From NCBI RefSeq assembly GCF_018350175.1, contig NC_058369.1, forward strand, positions 12,402,001 through 12,466,000: a DNA stretch of 64,000 nucleotides. The letters are read 5' to 3'. The notes beneath the pieces are model-generated. The model searched no databases. It was not told the DNA's origin and saw only the letters and a list, made by a program, of their open reading frames with translations. Both the position numbers and the translations under genes were made by a program. Below are positions 62,430-64,000 of the stretch, one piece after another (within the stretch, counting starts at the first letter, position 1; each line of letters opens with the position of its first letter). This DNA comes from Felis catus. Its lineage: Eukaryota.

Positions 62430-63986
62430 GGTCAGAGATTGGCAAACTGTGGCCCATGGGCCAAAGCCAGCCCCTCCCGCCTGTTTCTATATGGCCTGTT
62501 AACTAAGAATATCTTTGATACTTTTCAGTGGTTAAAAAAAAAAATCAAAGGAGTATTTTGTGAGATACAAACGTTACATAAAATTCATATTTCAGTGTCT
62601 ATAAATAAGTTTTATCAAAATACACCCATGCCCCCTCATTTATATATAGGAGATAAACCTCAGAGCTATTGTTGATTTGGTTCTGGCTCCAGACCACTGC
62701 AATAAAGCAAGTCAAATGATTTTTTTGGCTTCCCAGTGCATATAAAAGTTACGTTTACACTATACTATAGTCTATTAAATATGCAGCAGCATTACATCTA
62801 AAACATAATGTAAATGCATTAATTTAAAAATTATTGGTGGGTGTATACATGGCTTGATGCGCGGTTGAACATCCGTCTGGCTCTTCGTTTCGGCTTGTGT
62901 CATGATCTCCCAGTTCGGGAGTTCGAGCCCCACATCTGCTGGAGATCCTCTCTTTTTGCCCTTCCCCTTCACTTGCTCGCTCTCTCTCTCTCTCTCAAAA
63001 TAAATAAACTTTAAAAATATGTACATTGCTGGGGTGCCTGGGTGGCTCAATCAGTTAAGCATCCAACTCTTCATTCTGGCTCAGGTCATGATCTCAGGGT
63101 CTAGAGTCAAGCCCCCCATAGGGCTCCAAGTTGGGCATGGAACCTGCTAAAGATTCTCTGTCTCCCGGCGCACCTGGGTGGCTCAGTCGGTAAAGTGGCC
63201 GACTTCAGCTCAGGTCATGATCTCATAGTTTGTGAGTTTGAGCCCCGTGTCAGGCTCTGTGCTGACAGCTCAGTCTGGAGCCTGCTTGGGTTTCTGTGTT
63301 TCCCCCTCTCTCTGCCCCTCCCCTACTTGCACTCCGTCTCTCCTCTCCCTCAAAAATAAACACATTAAAATTTAAAAAAAAAAAATTCTCTCTCTCCCTC
63401 TCCCCGAGTGCACGCACATTATCTCTCTCAAAAAAAAAAAAAAAAAATACTGCTAACAAATGCTAACCATCATCTGAGCTCTCAGCAAGTCATAATCACT
63501 GATCACCGAAACAAATATAACAGTGAAAAAATGTGAAAACCTGCTAGAATTACCAAAATACGACACACACAAAGTGGGCAAATGCTGTTGGGAAAATTGT
63601 GCCAACAGACCTGCTCGCTCAGGGTGGCCACACACCTTCAGTTTGTAAAAAACAAAATTCTCTGCAAAGCACAATAAAACAAGGTATGCCTGGATTTGCC
63701 GTGGCTGCTTTCAAGGAATGGAGCTGAGATGCGGCACCAGAGAAGGTACGACCCACAGGGCACCTGGGTGGCTCAGTCGGTTAAGCGTCCGACTCTTGAT
63801 TTGGGCTCAGGCCACGATCTCCCAGTTTGTGAGTTCCAGCCCCGCGTCAGGCTCGCGCTGACGGCAATGCAGAGCCTGCTTGGGATTCTGTCTCCCTCTC
63901 TCTCCGCCCCTCCCCAGCTCGTGCGCACACGTGGTCTCTCTCCCTCTCAAAATAAGTAAATAAGCACTAAAAAAAAAAAAAAAAAA
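62430..63986. mobile_element. Nested repeats: MER58-like host, Tigger1-derived element (62648-63692, minus), SINEs at 62839-63020, 63031-63448 (containing 63167-63384) and 63758-63986
   Basis: MER58 motifs on both sides of a Tigger with TIR aaggtatgcctg; the inner SINE has TSD attctctKtctccc-like flanks (63153-63166, 63385-63398). Confidence 0.8.
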
Positions 63987-64000
63987 GAGACAGAGACAGA

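Overview
Mammalian, almost certainly felid (cat-like) genomic DNA, judged from ~30 tRNA-derived Can-SINE/SINEC_Fc copies. The neighbourhood matches the human MED26-SMIM7 locus as I recall it. Two genes lie on the minus strand. (1) MED26: CpG-island promoter and coding exon 1 (37431-37502, MTAAPASPQQIRDRLLQAIDPQSN), followed by an intron 1 that runs off the left end; no exon 2 was found. (2) The 3' end of SMIM7: penultimate exon 61982-62072, last coding exon 56737-56752, and a ~1.1 kb 3'UTR. The remainder is intronic or intergenic and rich in SINEs, L1 fragments, MIR, MaLR LTRs, a solo ERV LTR and DNA transposons. Nearly all ORFs in the supplied track are spurious. Most notable observations: a candidate 67-nt poison (NMD) cassette exon in MED26 intron 1 whose in-frame UAA is the loop of a hairpin; an 11-codon uORF in the MED26 5'UTR; two loci where SINEs re-inserted into the same target site (triplicated TSDs); a small polyadenylated retrocopy or 3'-transduction in a SMIM7 intron; and an antisense solo LTR with promoter motifs. 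Repeat family names are recognised by eye and their boundaries are approximate.
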